From an uncultured Bacteroidales bacterium (lineage in GTDB: Bacteria; Bacteroidota; Bacteroidia; Bacteroidales; VadinHA17), in contig CAVSZC010000003.1 of assembly GCA_963732365.1 (NCBI GenBank), positions 66,518 to 130,517 of the forward strand: a stretch of DNA of 64,000 nucleotides. Reading direction: 5' to 3'. Positions 1 to 8,922 of the stretch are shown here, piece by piece. The notes below the pieces were generated by a model. It ran no database searches, was not told the DNA's origin, and saw nothing but the letters and a program-made list of their open reading frames with translations. Made by a program: the position numbers and the translations under genes. Position 1 is the stretch's first letter. Each line of letters opens with the position of its first letter.

Positions 1-684
1 TTCTCCGACTGGACGCATGCAGTCAGCAAGGCCCCTATGTTAAAAGCGCAACACCCCGATTATGAGCTGTTCAGACTTGGCATTCACAGCCAGAGAGGCG
101 TTGCCTGTGCTGACTGTCACATGCCCTATGTGAGCGAAGGAGGGGTTAAATTCACAAGCCACCATGTACAGAGCCCTCTTAACATGATAGCCAGCACATG
201 CGCAGTATGCCACCGCCAGAGCGAGGAGGAACTCAGAAACAATGTATATGAACGTCAGGATAAGATCGCAGCTCTGAGACACTACCTTGAAGAGATCCTT
301 GTATCAGCTCATTACGAAGCCAAAGCAGCATGGGATGCGGGAGCAAAAGAGGAGACCATGCAGCCTGTCCTTGCGCTGATAAGGCAGGCACAGTGGAGAT
401 GGGACTTTATTGCCGCCAGTCACGGCGGTTCATTCCATGCACCACTCGAATCTGCCTCTGTCCTCAGTAACGGTATCATAAGGGCACTGGAGGCAAGGAT
501 CGGGCTGGCGGCTATGCTGCAGAGCATGGGAGTCAAAGAGGTATTGGTCCCTGACTTCTCCACCAAGGAGAAAGCTCAGAAAGCGATAGGGCTCGATATG
601 GAAACCCTTATCAGGGAAAAGGAAGAATTCAGGAAGCATATCCTTCCTGCCTGGGAGAAGAATCCGTCTGAATTGAAGAACTAA
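1..684 (+). CDS. nrfA: cytochrome c nitrite reductase NrfA, C-terminal ~227 aa (5' end outside window)
   Basis: The frame is open from nt 1. It has two CxxCH haem motifs (CADCH, CAVCH). The blocks QWRWDFIAASHG and STKEKAQKAIGL match the C-terminus of enterobacterial NrfA. Confidence 0.85.
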   Translation, partial: FSDWTHAVSKAPMLKAQHPDYELFRLGIHSQRGVACADCHMPYVSEGGVKFTSHHVQSPLNMIASTCAVCHRQSEEELRNNVYERQDKIAALRHYLEEILVSAHYEAKAAWDAGAKEETMQPVLALIRQAQWRWDFIAASHGGSFHAPLESASVLSNGIIRALEARIGLAAMLQSMGVKEVLVPDFSTKEKAQKAIGLDMETLIREKEEFRKHILPAWEKNPSELKN

Positions 685-709
685 CATATAATATCCTCAA
701 ATAACTGAC

Positions 710-2539
710 ATGATGCATCGATCTGCCATGCCCATCCTGATACTGTTTGTGTCATTGCTTACCTGTTCAATCGCCTTCAGTCAGAACAACGCCGACCGTC
801 ATACCTTCTCCCTTGGCGGTGATGAATTCCTGCTTGACGGCAGTCCGTTCCGGATCATCAGCGGAGAGTTGCACCCTGGCCGCATTCCGGCCGAATACTG
901 GCGTCACCGCATAAAGATGACAAAAGCAATGGGGTGCAACACGGTCTCGGTATATCTCTTCTGGAACCATCATGAGGCACAGGAGGGCATCTATGACTTT
1001 CGTACCGGTAACCGTGACATATCAGAGTTCATAAGCATTGCAAAGGAGGAGGGCATGTGGGTTATTATACGACCCGGTCCTTATGTATGTGCCGAATGGG
1101 AGTTCGGAGGTATCCCACCCTATCTTCTCCGTACACCTGAGATAAAGGTAAGATGTCTTGACCCCGTCTATATGAAGGCTGCAGAAAGGTATCTCTCCCG
1201 CCTGGCTGATGAACTGCGTCCTCACCTTATCACCAATGGCGGTCCGGTGCTGATGATACAGATAGAGAATGAGTACGGAAGCTATGGCAATGACCGCGAT
1301 TACATGGCAACCCTTAAGAAAATATGGGAGCGTTGCGATATTGATGTACCCTTCTTCACGGGCGACGGTCCGACGACATACATGCTCGAGGCAGGGACCC
1401 TGCCCGGCTGTGCCGTTGGATTGGACTCCGGGTCCGATGAAGCTGACTTCGAGTTGGCACGGGAGATGAACCCTGGGGTACCTGTCTTCTCCAGCGAGAC
1501 CTATCCAGGGTGGCTGACCCACTGGGGTGAAGACTGGGCCAGGCCTGACACGGCCTCACTGCTTCGCGAAGTGAAGTTTCTTATGGACTCCGGTAAATCA
1601 TTCAACCTATATGTGATTCACGGTGGCACCAACTTCGGCTTTACTGCCGGAGCCAATTCGGGAGGCAAAGGCTATGAACCCGACGTTACCAGCTACGACT
1701 ATGACGCCCCGATAGATGAGCAGGGAAGAGCTACGGCAAAGTACTATGCCCTGCGCAGGCTCATAGGATCATACCTGCCTAAGAAGGCTAAGCTGCCTCC
1801 TGTACCTGATCCAATACCTGTCATGACCCTCCCGGAAATCACCCTTACCCCTTTCACCACGGTATGGGACAATCTTCCGGCTCCCATCCGTTCGGTACAG
1901 CCTGAGCCGTTCGAGGCGTTCGGTCAGGAATACGGTTTCATGCTCTATTCGACAAGGCTCATTGGCCATAAGAGCGGCAAACTCATGGTAATTGACATTC
2001 ATGACTATGCTACGGTCTTCCTGAACGGAGAGTTTGTCGGCACACTCGACAGGAGACTGGGCATCAACTCAATAGAACTGCCCCGTACCGAAGTAAAGGA
2101 TCCGCTCCTGGAGATTTTCGTCGAGGGGATGGGCCGCATAAACTTCGCCAGTGCCATGATTGACCGCAAAGGGATAACCGACAGGGTTGTACTTAACGGA
2201 ATGACCCTTATGAACTGGAACGTATATGGCTTCCCGATGGATGAACCGTTTGTGACCGGTCTGAAAGCAACAGGAGCTCAGACTGACAAACCGGGAATCT
2301 TTTACCGGGGAACCTTTATTGTCGAAGATCCAGCCGACACATTCATTGACATGACAAATTTCATCAAGGGCTTTGTCTGGATCAACGGAAACAACCTGGG
2401 GAGATACTGGGAAATAGGCCCTCAGCAGAGGCTCTATTGTCCGGCGTCATGGCTGAGAAAGGGCGAGAATGAAGTGATAGTCTTTGATCTGCGCAAGACT
2501 TCGGGAAGCACAATCAGAGGCTTCGAAACAATGAATTAA
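710..2539 (+). CDS. glycoside hydrolase family 35 beta-galactosidase (secreted)
   Basis: It has an N-terminal signal peptide and GH35 blocks: IQIENEYGSYG (acid/base Glu region), HGGTNFGF, and GPYVCAEWEFGGIP. Length is 609 aa. Confidence 0.85.
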   Translation: MMHRSAMPILILFVSLLTCSIAFSQNNADRHTFSLGGDEFLLDGSPFRIISGELHPGRIPAEYWRHRIKMTKAMGCNTVSVYLFWNHHEAQEGIYDFRTGNRDISEFISIAKEEGMWVIIRPGPYVCAEWEFGGIPPYLLRTPEIKVRCLDPVYMKAAERYLSRLADELRPHLITNGGPVLMIQIENEYGSYGNDRDYMATLKKIWERCDIDVPFFTGDGPTTYMLEAGTLPGCAVGLDSGSDEADFELAREMNPGVPVFSSETYPGWLTHWGEDWARPDTASLLREVKFLMDSGKSFNLYVIHGGTNFGFTAGANSGGKGYEPDVTSYDYDAPIDEQGRATAKYYALRRLIGSYLPKKAKLPPVPDPIPVMTLPEITLTPFTTVWDNLPAPIRSVQPEPFEAFGQEYGFMLYSTRLIGHKSGKLMVIDIHDYATVFLNGEFVGTLDRRLGINSIELPRTEVKDPLLEIFVEGMGRINFASAMIDRKGITDRVVLNGMTLMNWNVYGFPMDEPFVTGLKATGAQTDKPGIFYRGTFIVEDPADTFIDMTNFIKGFVWINGNNLGRYWEIGPQQRLYCPASWLRKGENEVIVFDLRKTSGSTIRGFETMN

Positions 2540-2545
2540 GTATTC

Positions 2546-3592
2546 TTATTTTATTCCTGTCACCAGGACCAGCAAGTGGTATATCCCTGCCGCCAGGAGC
2601 ATGGAAACGGGTATTGTCAGCAGCCAGGCATAGAGAAGATTGATAGTCACACCCCATCTTACGGCCGTTATGCGCTTCGTCAGTCCAACCCCCATGATGG
2701 CACCCGTAATCGTATGGGTTGTGCTCACAGGGATTCCGAATGCCTCAGTGCCAAAGAGAAGTACCGCTCCGGCGCTTTCGGCTGCCACCCCCTCAAAAGG
2801 AGTCAGCTTTGTTATCTTCGTCCCCATGGTCTTGACAATTCGCCAGCCTCCCATCAGTGTTCCGATACTGATAGCGGTGTAACATCCGAGCACTATCCAG
2901 TGCGGTATATCGTGTATCTTGCCGTTCACCATTTCGATCTGCGCCCAGTGCGGTATCGCCGATGCTTCCACTCCATGGAAATATACCATCAGTGCCGCTG
3001 CAATGATACCCATTACCTTCTGGGCATCATTTCCTCCGTGACCCAGGCTGAACAGCGCTGAAGAGAGAAGCTGAAAACCCTTGAAACGCTTATCGAGCCT
3101 GAAAGGGTTGCCTTTCCTGCTGATCCACAACAGTGCAATGGAGAAAAGGTATGATATTATCATTCCGAGAAGAGGTGCAAGGAAGATGAACGCTCCTATT
3201 TTGACAATCTTTCCGGTGTGCACCACATCCCATCCCGTAAAGGCGATTGCAGCCCCCGCGAAACCCCCGACAAGTGTGTGTGAAGAGCTCGACGGAATTC
3301 CCATATACCAGGTTAGCAGATTCCAGAGAATGGCAGCTATGATACCTGCCATTATTACCATCAGTGTAATGGCGGAGGTATCGACGATCTTTGCAATAGT
3401 GTCAGCAATATGGAGCTCAAAGACAAGATATGCCATGAAATTAAAGAAGGCAGCCCAGAGAACTGCCTGAAAAGGGGTAAGCACCTTCGTTGACACTACG
3501 GTAGCTATCGAGTTTGCTGCATCATGGAAGCCGTTGATAAGGTCAAACGCGAAGGCAAGAATAACGATGATTATCAGCAGTTTAAATTCCAT
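2546..3592 (-). CDS. inorganic phosphate transporter, PiT family
   Basis: This is a polytopic membrane protein with the duplicated PiT signatures GFHDAANSIAT and HGGNDAQKVMG. It is paired with a DUF47 gene, as is usual. Confidence 0.85.
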   Translation of the reverse strand: MEFKLLIIIVILAFAFDLINGFHDAANSIATVVSTKVLTPFQAVLWAAFFNFMAYLVFELHIADTIAKIVDTSAITLMVIMAGIIAAILWNLLTWYMGIPSSSSHTLVGGFAGAAIAFTGWDVVHTGKIVKIGAFIFLAPLLGMIISYLFSIALLWISRKGNPFRLDKRFKGFQLLSSALFSLGHGGNDAQKVMGIIAAALMVYFHGVEASAIPHWAQIEMVNGKIHDIPHWIVLGCYTAISIGTLMGGWRIVKTMGTKITKLTPFEGVAAESAGAVLLFGTEAFGIPVSTTHTITGAIMGVGLTKRITAVRWGVTINLLYAWLLTIPVSMLLAAGIYHLLVLVTGIK

Positions 3593-3602
3593 CAGGCGAC
3601 TT

Positions 3603-4250
3603 TTAAGCTATTTTGATAATTACTGATGAGATGATGTCGGCAACATCGTCACAACGGTCTGCAGCCTTCTCAAGCGCCTGCAGGATATCCTTCTTCTTTA
3701 TCAGTTCAATCGCATCCTTCTCTTCAAGGAACAGCTTGGCCAGGTATCTGTGGTTGACATCATCGGCCAGCTCTTCAAGCTCACTTATCCTGCGGCAGTT
3801 TTCAGTGTACTTTGAGAGGTGCAGCACGTCCTTGAGGCCGTTGAATGTAGTGTTTATTTCGATAGATGCCCGGTGGATGAGATCTGCCATCTCGACGAAC
3901 TCTGATGGTATCTCGCCAACATGATAGAGCGATATCTTCTTTGATGCTCCGAAAATAAGGTCGACAACCGAGTCTGTGGCATGCACCAGGTCAAAGATAT
4001 CCTCCCTGTCGAACGGTGTTATGAAATTGCTGTTCAGCGTCATAAACAGGTTCCTCGATATCTGGTCCCCCACGCTTTCTGACTCCTTTATCTTGTCAAC
4101 AAGGAGATCACGTTTCTCCGGGAGAGGTTCCCTCATAAGCTCCCTGAGGAGCTCCGCAGCCACAATAAGATTGGCTGATGAGTCTTTGAAAAGTGGGTAG
4201 AACTTGCCCTCCTTGGGGGCAAGGAACGAGAATATCATATCAAGTTTCAT
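3603..4250 (-). CDS. DUF47/TIGR00153 PhoU-like phosphate transport regulator
   Basis: It is a ~215-aa helical protein lying 10 nt upstream of the PiT gene on the same strand, which is the conserved PiT-DUF47 pairing. Confidence 0.7.
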   Translation of the reverse strand: MKLDMIFSFLAPKEGKFYPLFKDSSANLIVAAELLRELMREPLPEKRDLLVDKIKESESVGDQISRNLFMTLNSNFITPFDREDIFDLVHATDSVVDLIFGASKKISLYHVGEIPSEFVEMADLIHRASIEINTTFNGLKDVLHLSKYTENCRRISELEELADDVNHRYLAKLFLEEKDAIELIKKKDILQALEKAADRCDDVADIISSVIIKIA

Positions 4251-4410
4251 CTAATAGCGAATGTATAGTTTGACAACCTCCCAAAAATAGACTAAAGAGT
4301 TCAGTCATAAAAGGAGATTTGTCTTAATGTTCATTAAATGTTAATTACTAATCAACTCATGGTACCCTTAACTTTAAGTATCTTAGCGACCAGTATAATG
4401 CATTCCCGTC

Positions 4411-5811
4411 ATGAAAATCACATTCTACGGTGCTGCCCGTGAGGTAACAGGCAGCAAGGTCCTCATAGAAACAGAACATGGTAAGAAGATCCTTATCGAC
4501 TGCGGGCAGTTTCAGGGCAAAGGGCTTGAAACCGACAGCATGAACCGGTCGCTTGCCTTCTCTCCCGCAACGATAGACCATATCATACTTTCACATGCCC
4601 ATATAGATCACTCGGGACTGATTCCTTTTATGTACCGTCACGGGTTTGACGGTTCTGTAGTGTGCACAAATGCAACACGTGATCTCTGCTCCATCATGCT
4701 GGCCGACTCGGGTAAGATACAGGAGCTCGATACCCAGACATTCAACAGGAAGAGGGCAAAGAAAGGTCTGCCGCCCGTTGAGCCTCTCTATACACAGGCC
4801 GACGGCATAGCTTCAATGAAGCTCTTCATCGGTGTGGCATACGACCGCAAATTCCGTATTGATGAGTACACTACGGTCAGATTCACCAACACGGGCCACA
4901 TGCTTGGCAGTGCCGTTGTAACAATTGAGCTCAGGGAAAAGGATGGCATTAAACGGCTTGCCTATACGGGTGATATCGGAAGGCCGGTAAACAGGATACT
5001 CAAAAGCCCTGAGCCGTTTGCACAGGCTGACTTCCTCATCACCGAATCTACATATGGCGATCGCCTGCATTCCTCGTTAGAAGAATCGGACGAGGAGTTG
5101 TTCTCAGTAGTTCACCACACATGCGTTGAGAAGAAAGGGAAACTGATCATCCCAGCTTTCAGTGTGGGAAGAACACAGGAGATAGTCTATTCCCTGAACA
5201 AGCTCTATAATGAAAAGCGCCTGCCACCGGTGGAAATGTATGTTGACAGTCCCCTCTCTGTCAATGCAACCAATATCTTCCGTCTGCACAGCGAATGCTT
5301 CAACGATGATGTTATGAAGGTAATGCTGACAGACCCTGATCCTTTCGGGTTCAACTCACTCTTTTACATAAGCTCGAAGGAGGACTCGATGAGACTGAAC
5401 GACATAAAAAAACCGGTTATCATTATCTCTTCTTCAGGAATGATGGAGGCCGGGAGGGTCAAGCATCACCTTGCCAACAGCATCTCCAATCCGGCCAACA
5501 CTGTTCTTGCAGTCGGATACTGCGCTCCTTCAACCCTCGGGGCCAGGCTTCTGAGGGGTGAAAAGGAGGTCTCAATACACGGAACCAGGTATCAGGTCAA
5601 TGCGGAGATAAGAAAGATTGACTCTTACTCCGGACACGGAGACTACCGTGAAATGGGAGATTATATCTCATGCCAGGACCCGGCAAAGCTGCAGAAAGTC
5701 TTTCTCGTCCACGGCGAATATGAAACCCAGATAAAATATCAGGATTACCTTCAGAAAAGAGGCTTCTGGAACATTAATATTCCTTCCCAGGGAGAGTCTT
5801 TTACGATATAA
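4411..5811 (+). CDS. MBL-fold metallo-hydrolase of the beta-CASP (RNA-metabolising) family
   Basis: It has the HxHxDH motif (SHAHIDHSG). It also shows the beta-CASP arrangement, with later conserved D/H blocks (ESTYGD, YSGHGD, LVHGE). Confidence 0.75.
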   Translation: MKITFYGAAREVTGSKVLIETEHGKKILIDCGQFQGKGLETDSMNRSLAFSPATIDHIILSHAHIDHSGLIPFMYRHGFDGSVVCTNATRDLCSIMLADSGKIQELDTQTFNRKRAKKGLPPVEPLYTQADGIASMKLFIGVAYDRKFRIDEYTTVRFTNTGHMLGSAVVTIELREKDGIKRLAYTGDIGRPVNRILKSPEPFAQADFLITESTYGDRLHSSLEESDEELFSVVHHTCVEKKGKLIIPAFSVGRTQEIVYSLNKLYNEKRLPPVEMYVDSPLSVNATNIFRLHSECFNDDVMKVMLTDPDPFGFNSLFYISSKEDSMRLNDIKKPVIIISSSGMMEAGRVKHHLANSISNPANTVLAVGYCAPSTLGARLLRGEKEVSIHGTRYQVNAEIRKIDSYSGHGDYREMGDYISCQDPAKLQKVFLVHGEYETQIKYQDYLQKRGFWNINIPSQGESFTI

Positions 5812-5873
5812 AACTGACAATAATCCTTTTGCAGTTCTTTTGAAGATATATTTTTGCATAAAAATCCGAACCT

Positions 5874-7340
5874 ATGTTTATCATTCTGGTAGTCATTTTC
5901 GTACTGGGTTACCTGGCGATAGCCCTCGAGCATCCTATTAAGGTTGAAAAAGCGGCCAGCGCACTTCTGATAGGAAGCATACTGTGGGCACTGTATGCTC
6001 TCTTCAGCGAGCAGATACTTGCCTTGGGATTTTCCCCTTCCTGGGAGGAGCTGAAGATGATGGCACAAAGCATCGTTCAGAATATAAAACCTTCGATGGA
6101 CCCTGACAGCTTCGCAACTTCACCCTTCCGCGAGACGGTTGACCTGGCAGGCCATCCAACCGCGTTTGTGAAGTATGAACTGGGGCATCATCTGATTGAA
6201 ATAGCAGAGATTCTCTTCTTCCTTTTCGGCGCGATGACAATCGTCGAAGTGGTTGACCAGCACCAGGGTTTTACTGTTATAACTGACAGGATTCAGACCC
6301 TGAATAAGGTCAGGCTTCTATGGATCATAGGCTTTATCACATTCTTCATGTCAGCTGTGCTCGACAACCTCACAACCACAATTGTGATGATAGCCCTGTT
6401 GAGAAAGCTGATCTCCGACAAACCAACCAGGTGGTTCTTCGCAAGCATTATTGTCATAGCAGCCAACGCTGGCGGAGCATGGTCACCCATCGGTGACGTG
6501 ACAACCATTATGCTATGGATAGGCGGGCAGATCACCACCGTCAATATTATCCTTAAAGTGTTCCTTCCCAGCCTTGTAAACATGGTAGTCCCTCTCACCA
6601 TTGTTTCATTCATGCTGAAGGGTGATGTGAAAAGGCCTGAAAAACCTCATCAGACTGCCGAACTCACAACCCCGTTCGAAAGGACATTTATACTGGTCCT
6701 TGGCATCTCCATGCTGCTCTTCGTGCCGGTTTTCAAGACTGTTACTCACCTCCCCCCATATGTGGGAATGCTTTTCGGCCTCGGCGTCCTCTGGCTTGTA
6801 TCTGAGATAATGCACCGCGAAAAGGAGGAAGAGATAAAGAAGAAACTGACTATTTTTCACATTATCAAGAAAGTAGACACGCCTACAATATTCTTCTTTC
6901 TGGGGATCCTTTCGGCCGTTGCCGCCCTTCAGAGTGCCGGTCATTTAAGTCTTCTCTCCGGATGGCTTGATGAAAAACTTGGCAATATATACCTGATCAA
7001 TATCGCCATCGGTACCATTTCAGCCGTGGTTGACAATGTACCTCTCGTCGCAGGCGCAATGGGAATGTACGATATTGTCACCCCCGATATGCTGCGCGTG
7101 GCAGCTGACCCGGCCTATGCCGCTTTCTATGTACAGGACGGATTATTCTGGGAACTGCTGGCTTACTGTGCAGGTACCGGCGGAAGCATGCTGATAATTG
7201 GCTCTGCAGCAGGCGTTGCTGCAATGGGCCTTGAGCGGATAGATTTCATCTGGTACATGAAGAAGATATCTCTGCTGGCACTTTCGGGATACCTCGCCGG
7301 AGCTGCAGTTTACTGGATGCAGGTACAACTGCTTCACTGA
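5874..7340 (+). CDS. Na+/H+ antiporter, NhaD/ArsB-type permease
   Basis: This is a 488-aa polytopic membrane protein. The conserved AVLDNLTT and VVDNVPLV blocks are typical of NhaD-like antiporters. Confidence 0.65.
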   Translation: MFIILVVIFVLGYLAIALEHPIKVEKAASALLIGSILWALYALFSEQILALGFSPSWEELKMMAQSIVQNIKPSMDPDSFATSPFRETVDLAGHPTAFVKYELGHHLIEIAEILFFLFGAMTIVEVVDQHQGFTVITDRIQTLNKVRLLWIIGFITFFMSAVLDNLTTTIVMIALLRKLISDKPTRWFFASIIVIAANAGGAWSPIGDVTTIMLWIGGQITTVNIILKVFLPSLVNMVVPLTIVSFMLKGDVKRPEKPHQTAELTTPFERTFILVLGISMLLFVPVFKTVTHLPPYVGMLFGLGVLWLVSEIMHREKEEEIKKKLTIFHIIKKVDTPTIFFFLGILSAVAALQSAGHLSLLSGWLDEKLGNIYLINIAIGTISAVVDNVPLVAGAMGMYDIVTPDMLRVAADPAYAAFYVQDGLFWELLAYCAGTGGSMLIIGSAAGVAAMGLERIDFIWYMKKISLLALSGYLAGAAVYWMQVQLLH

Positions 7341-7412
7341 TAATTGCGCTGCCTACCCTCATTCATAGCTGCTCTGCAGGCACATCTTTTATCATTGATT
7401 GACTGAACTATA

Positions 7413-7690
7413 ACTGACAGGCCACCCCTATGGGGTTGATTATTGATTTTTTTCTTCCATGCTACAAACAGTAAGCCGCCATGCGGCTGCCAGCTTTATG
7501 GGGGGGGGGATTGTCCATAGTAATAAAAGTAATCCTTCGTATTGCTGCCAGGCTAATGGGAGGTGATTGTCTGCAGTGATAAAAGTTATCCTTCGGGTTG
7601 CTGCCAGCTCCATAGGAGCTGACTGTCTGTAGAGAAAAGGGTCATAAACAATTATCAGCCCTGTAGGGGCGACCTGTTAATAGGTATTAT
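7413..7690. repeat. degenerate tandem repeat, period ~56-58 bp, 3 clear plus 2 weak units, with a G10 tract
   Basis: Clear units start at 7486, 7544 and 7600 (GCTGCCAG..ATGGG.GG.GATTGTC..AGT.ATAAAAGT.ATCCTTCG). Each unit holds a small hairpin, best seen in CAGCTCC-ATA-GGAGCTG at 7605-7621. A G10 tract lies at 7500-7509. The array sits between convergent gene ends. Confidence 0.8.
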
Positions 7691-7725
7691 GTATAAAGAC
7701 CATCAAAAGGAAGGGAAATGATTTA

Positions 7726-8364
7726 TCAGTATTTGAATGTGTAACCCAGTGATAGGTTGAAAGATTTTATAAGCAGCGACTGTGATCCTCTTGCAGTACC
7801 CAGGAATTGAAAGGAGGGATAGATGTTTATCCTTTTCCAGGTGCCGTACAGTCCCAGCTCGAACTTGCCTCCCGGACCGGATACCGACTCACCAATGTTG
7901 TCACTGATAGGCACGACACCCAGTTTTGAAGTGTACTGCAGCTCGGCACGATAATTATAAGTATAGAAGCCAAGAGCAAAGGTGCTGTAGATCCCGACAT
8001 GATCCCAGCCGGCTTTGAGAGATACACCGCTGTATACTCCAAACCCTGTCAGGTATAGCCACGCCTCGGAGATCTGGAAGTCATCTTCGTACCCGTCATA
8101 CCTGTCAGAATAACTGTAAAACGCACCTATCCTGTATGTCATGAACGGATACTTTGACGGCAACTCTGCATCAAATGTAACTCCGTAGCCGTCACCCCTG
8201 TAGAAGTTGAAATCGTTGTTGGCATAGGCTGATGTCACATCCTCGGAATAAACACCGTAGGGGGCATATATGTATGAATAACCTGCCCTCATGGAGAATG
8301 AATTATCCTGTGCAGTGGCAACCTCTGCAAGAAGAACGAATATGGGTATGAATAGATATTTCAT
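7726..8364 (-). CDS. hypothetical small outer-membrane beta-barrel protein (Tyr/Gly-rich)
   Basis: It has a signal peptide (MKYLFIPIFVLLAEVATAQ) and alternating aromatic/small residues throughout. The aromatic C-terminus (LGYTFKY) is typical of OMP barrels. Confidence 0.5.
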   Translation of the reverse strand: MKYLFIPIFVLLAEVATAQDNSFSMRAGYSYIYAPYGVYSEDVTSAYANNDFNFYRGDGYGVTFDAELPSKYPFMTYRIGAFYSYSDRYDGYEDDFQISEAWLYLTGFGVYSGVSLKAGWDHVGIYSTFALGFYTYNYRAELQYTSKLGVVPISDNIGESVSGPGGKFELGLYGTWKRINIYPSFQFLGTARGSQSLLIKSFNLSLGYTFKY

Positions 8365-8410
8365 CTGTCAGCTTTTTCCAAAAATACAATAATAGGATAA
8401 TAAACAGGAA

Positions 8411-8437
8411 TAAAAAAGGCCGTCGTCTGACAGCCCC
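8411..8437 (-). terminator. rho-independent terminator of the RRM gene
   Basis: On the minus strand it reads GGCUGUC-AGAC-GACGGCC (7 bp including one G.U) followed by U6. It starts 8 nt after the stop codon. Confidence 0.65.
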
Positions 8438-8443
8438 TTTGTT

Positions 8444-8749
8444 TTAGTATCTCGGTTCACGATCTCTGTCGCGGAAGTCGCGGCGAGGCCTGAAGGGCTT
8501 CTTCTCGGCCTTCGGCTCAGATCTCTTGACAATAATCTGGCTGCCATCGAGCTCTGAGTTGTTAAGCTTTTCAATAGCCTCAAAACCGGCACGGTCATCA
8601 GCCATCTCAACGAAACCATAACGCTTTGAAAAGCCGGTCTCACGGTCCATAATGATTTTTGCGGAGATCACCTCTCCGAATTTGCTGAAAAGTTCCTGAA
8701 GGTCTTCTGCTTTTGTAACAGAACTCAGCTTGGCTACAAAAATGTTCAT
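8444..8749 (-). CDS. RNA-binding protein with a single RRM domain and an R/D/E-rich tail
   Basis: The RNP-2 motif (NIFVAKL) and RNP-1 motif (KRYGFVEM) are at canonical spacing. Length is 101 aa. Confidence 0.85.
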   Translation of the reverse strand: MNIFVAKLSSVTKAEDLQELFSKFGEVISAKIIMDRETGFSKRYGFVEMADDRAGFEAIEKLNNSELDGSQIIVKRSEPKAEKKPFRPRRDFRDRDREPRY

Positions 8750-8844
8750 CTGAAAATCAATTAAAATGTTAATAAAAGGGTTATTATAAGCGGGTTCACC
8801 CTTTGCTAAAAATCAGCTAAAGGAATAAACCCACCCGTTAAGCA

Positions 8845-8877
8845 CAAAGATATTTAATTTATTTTAACATTTACAAA
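8845..8877 (-). promoter_or_regulatory. Bacteroidota sigma-A type promoter of the RRM gene
   Basis: On the minus strand, TTTG (8877-8874), then 21 nt, then TATCTTTG (8852-8845) matches the TTTG-N19-21-TAnnTTTG consensus. It implies a ~90-nt leader. Confidence 0.55.
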
Positions 8878-8922
8878 TTAATTTAATTATTTGAAAATGA
8901 CCTGTTGAGGCCGGGCCGGGCA

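Noticed and set aside
7486-7660. A possible CRISPR array, suggested by regularly spaced repeats.
   Set aside because: Whole ~57-bp units are homologous to each other, with no unique spacers between short conserved repeats. There are only 3-5 units, no cas genes and no leader.
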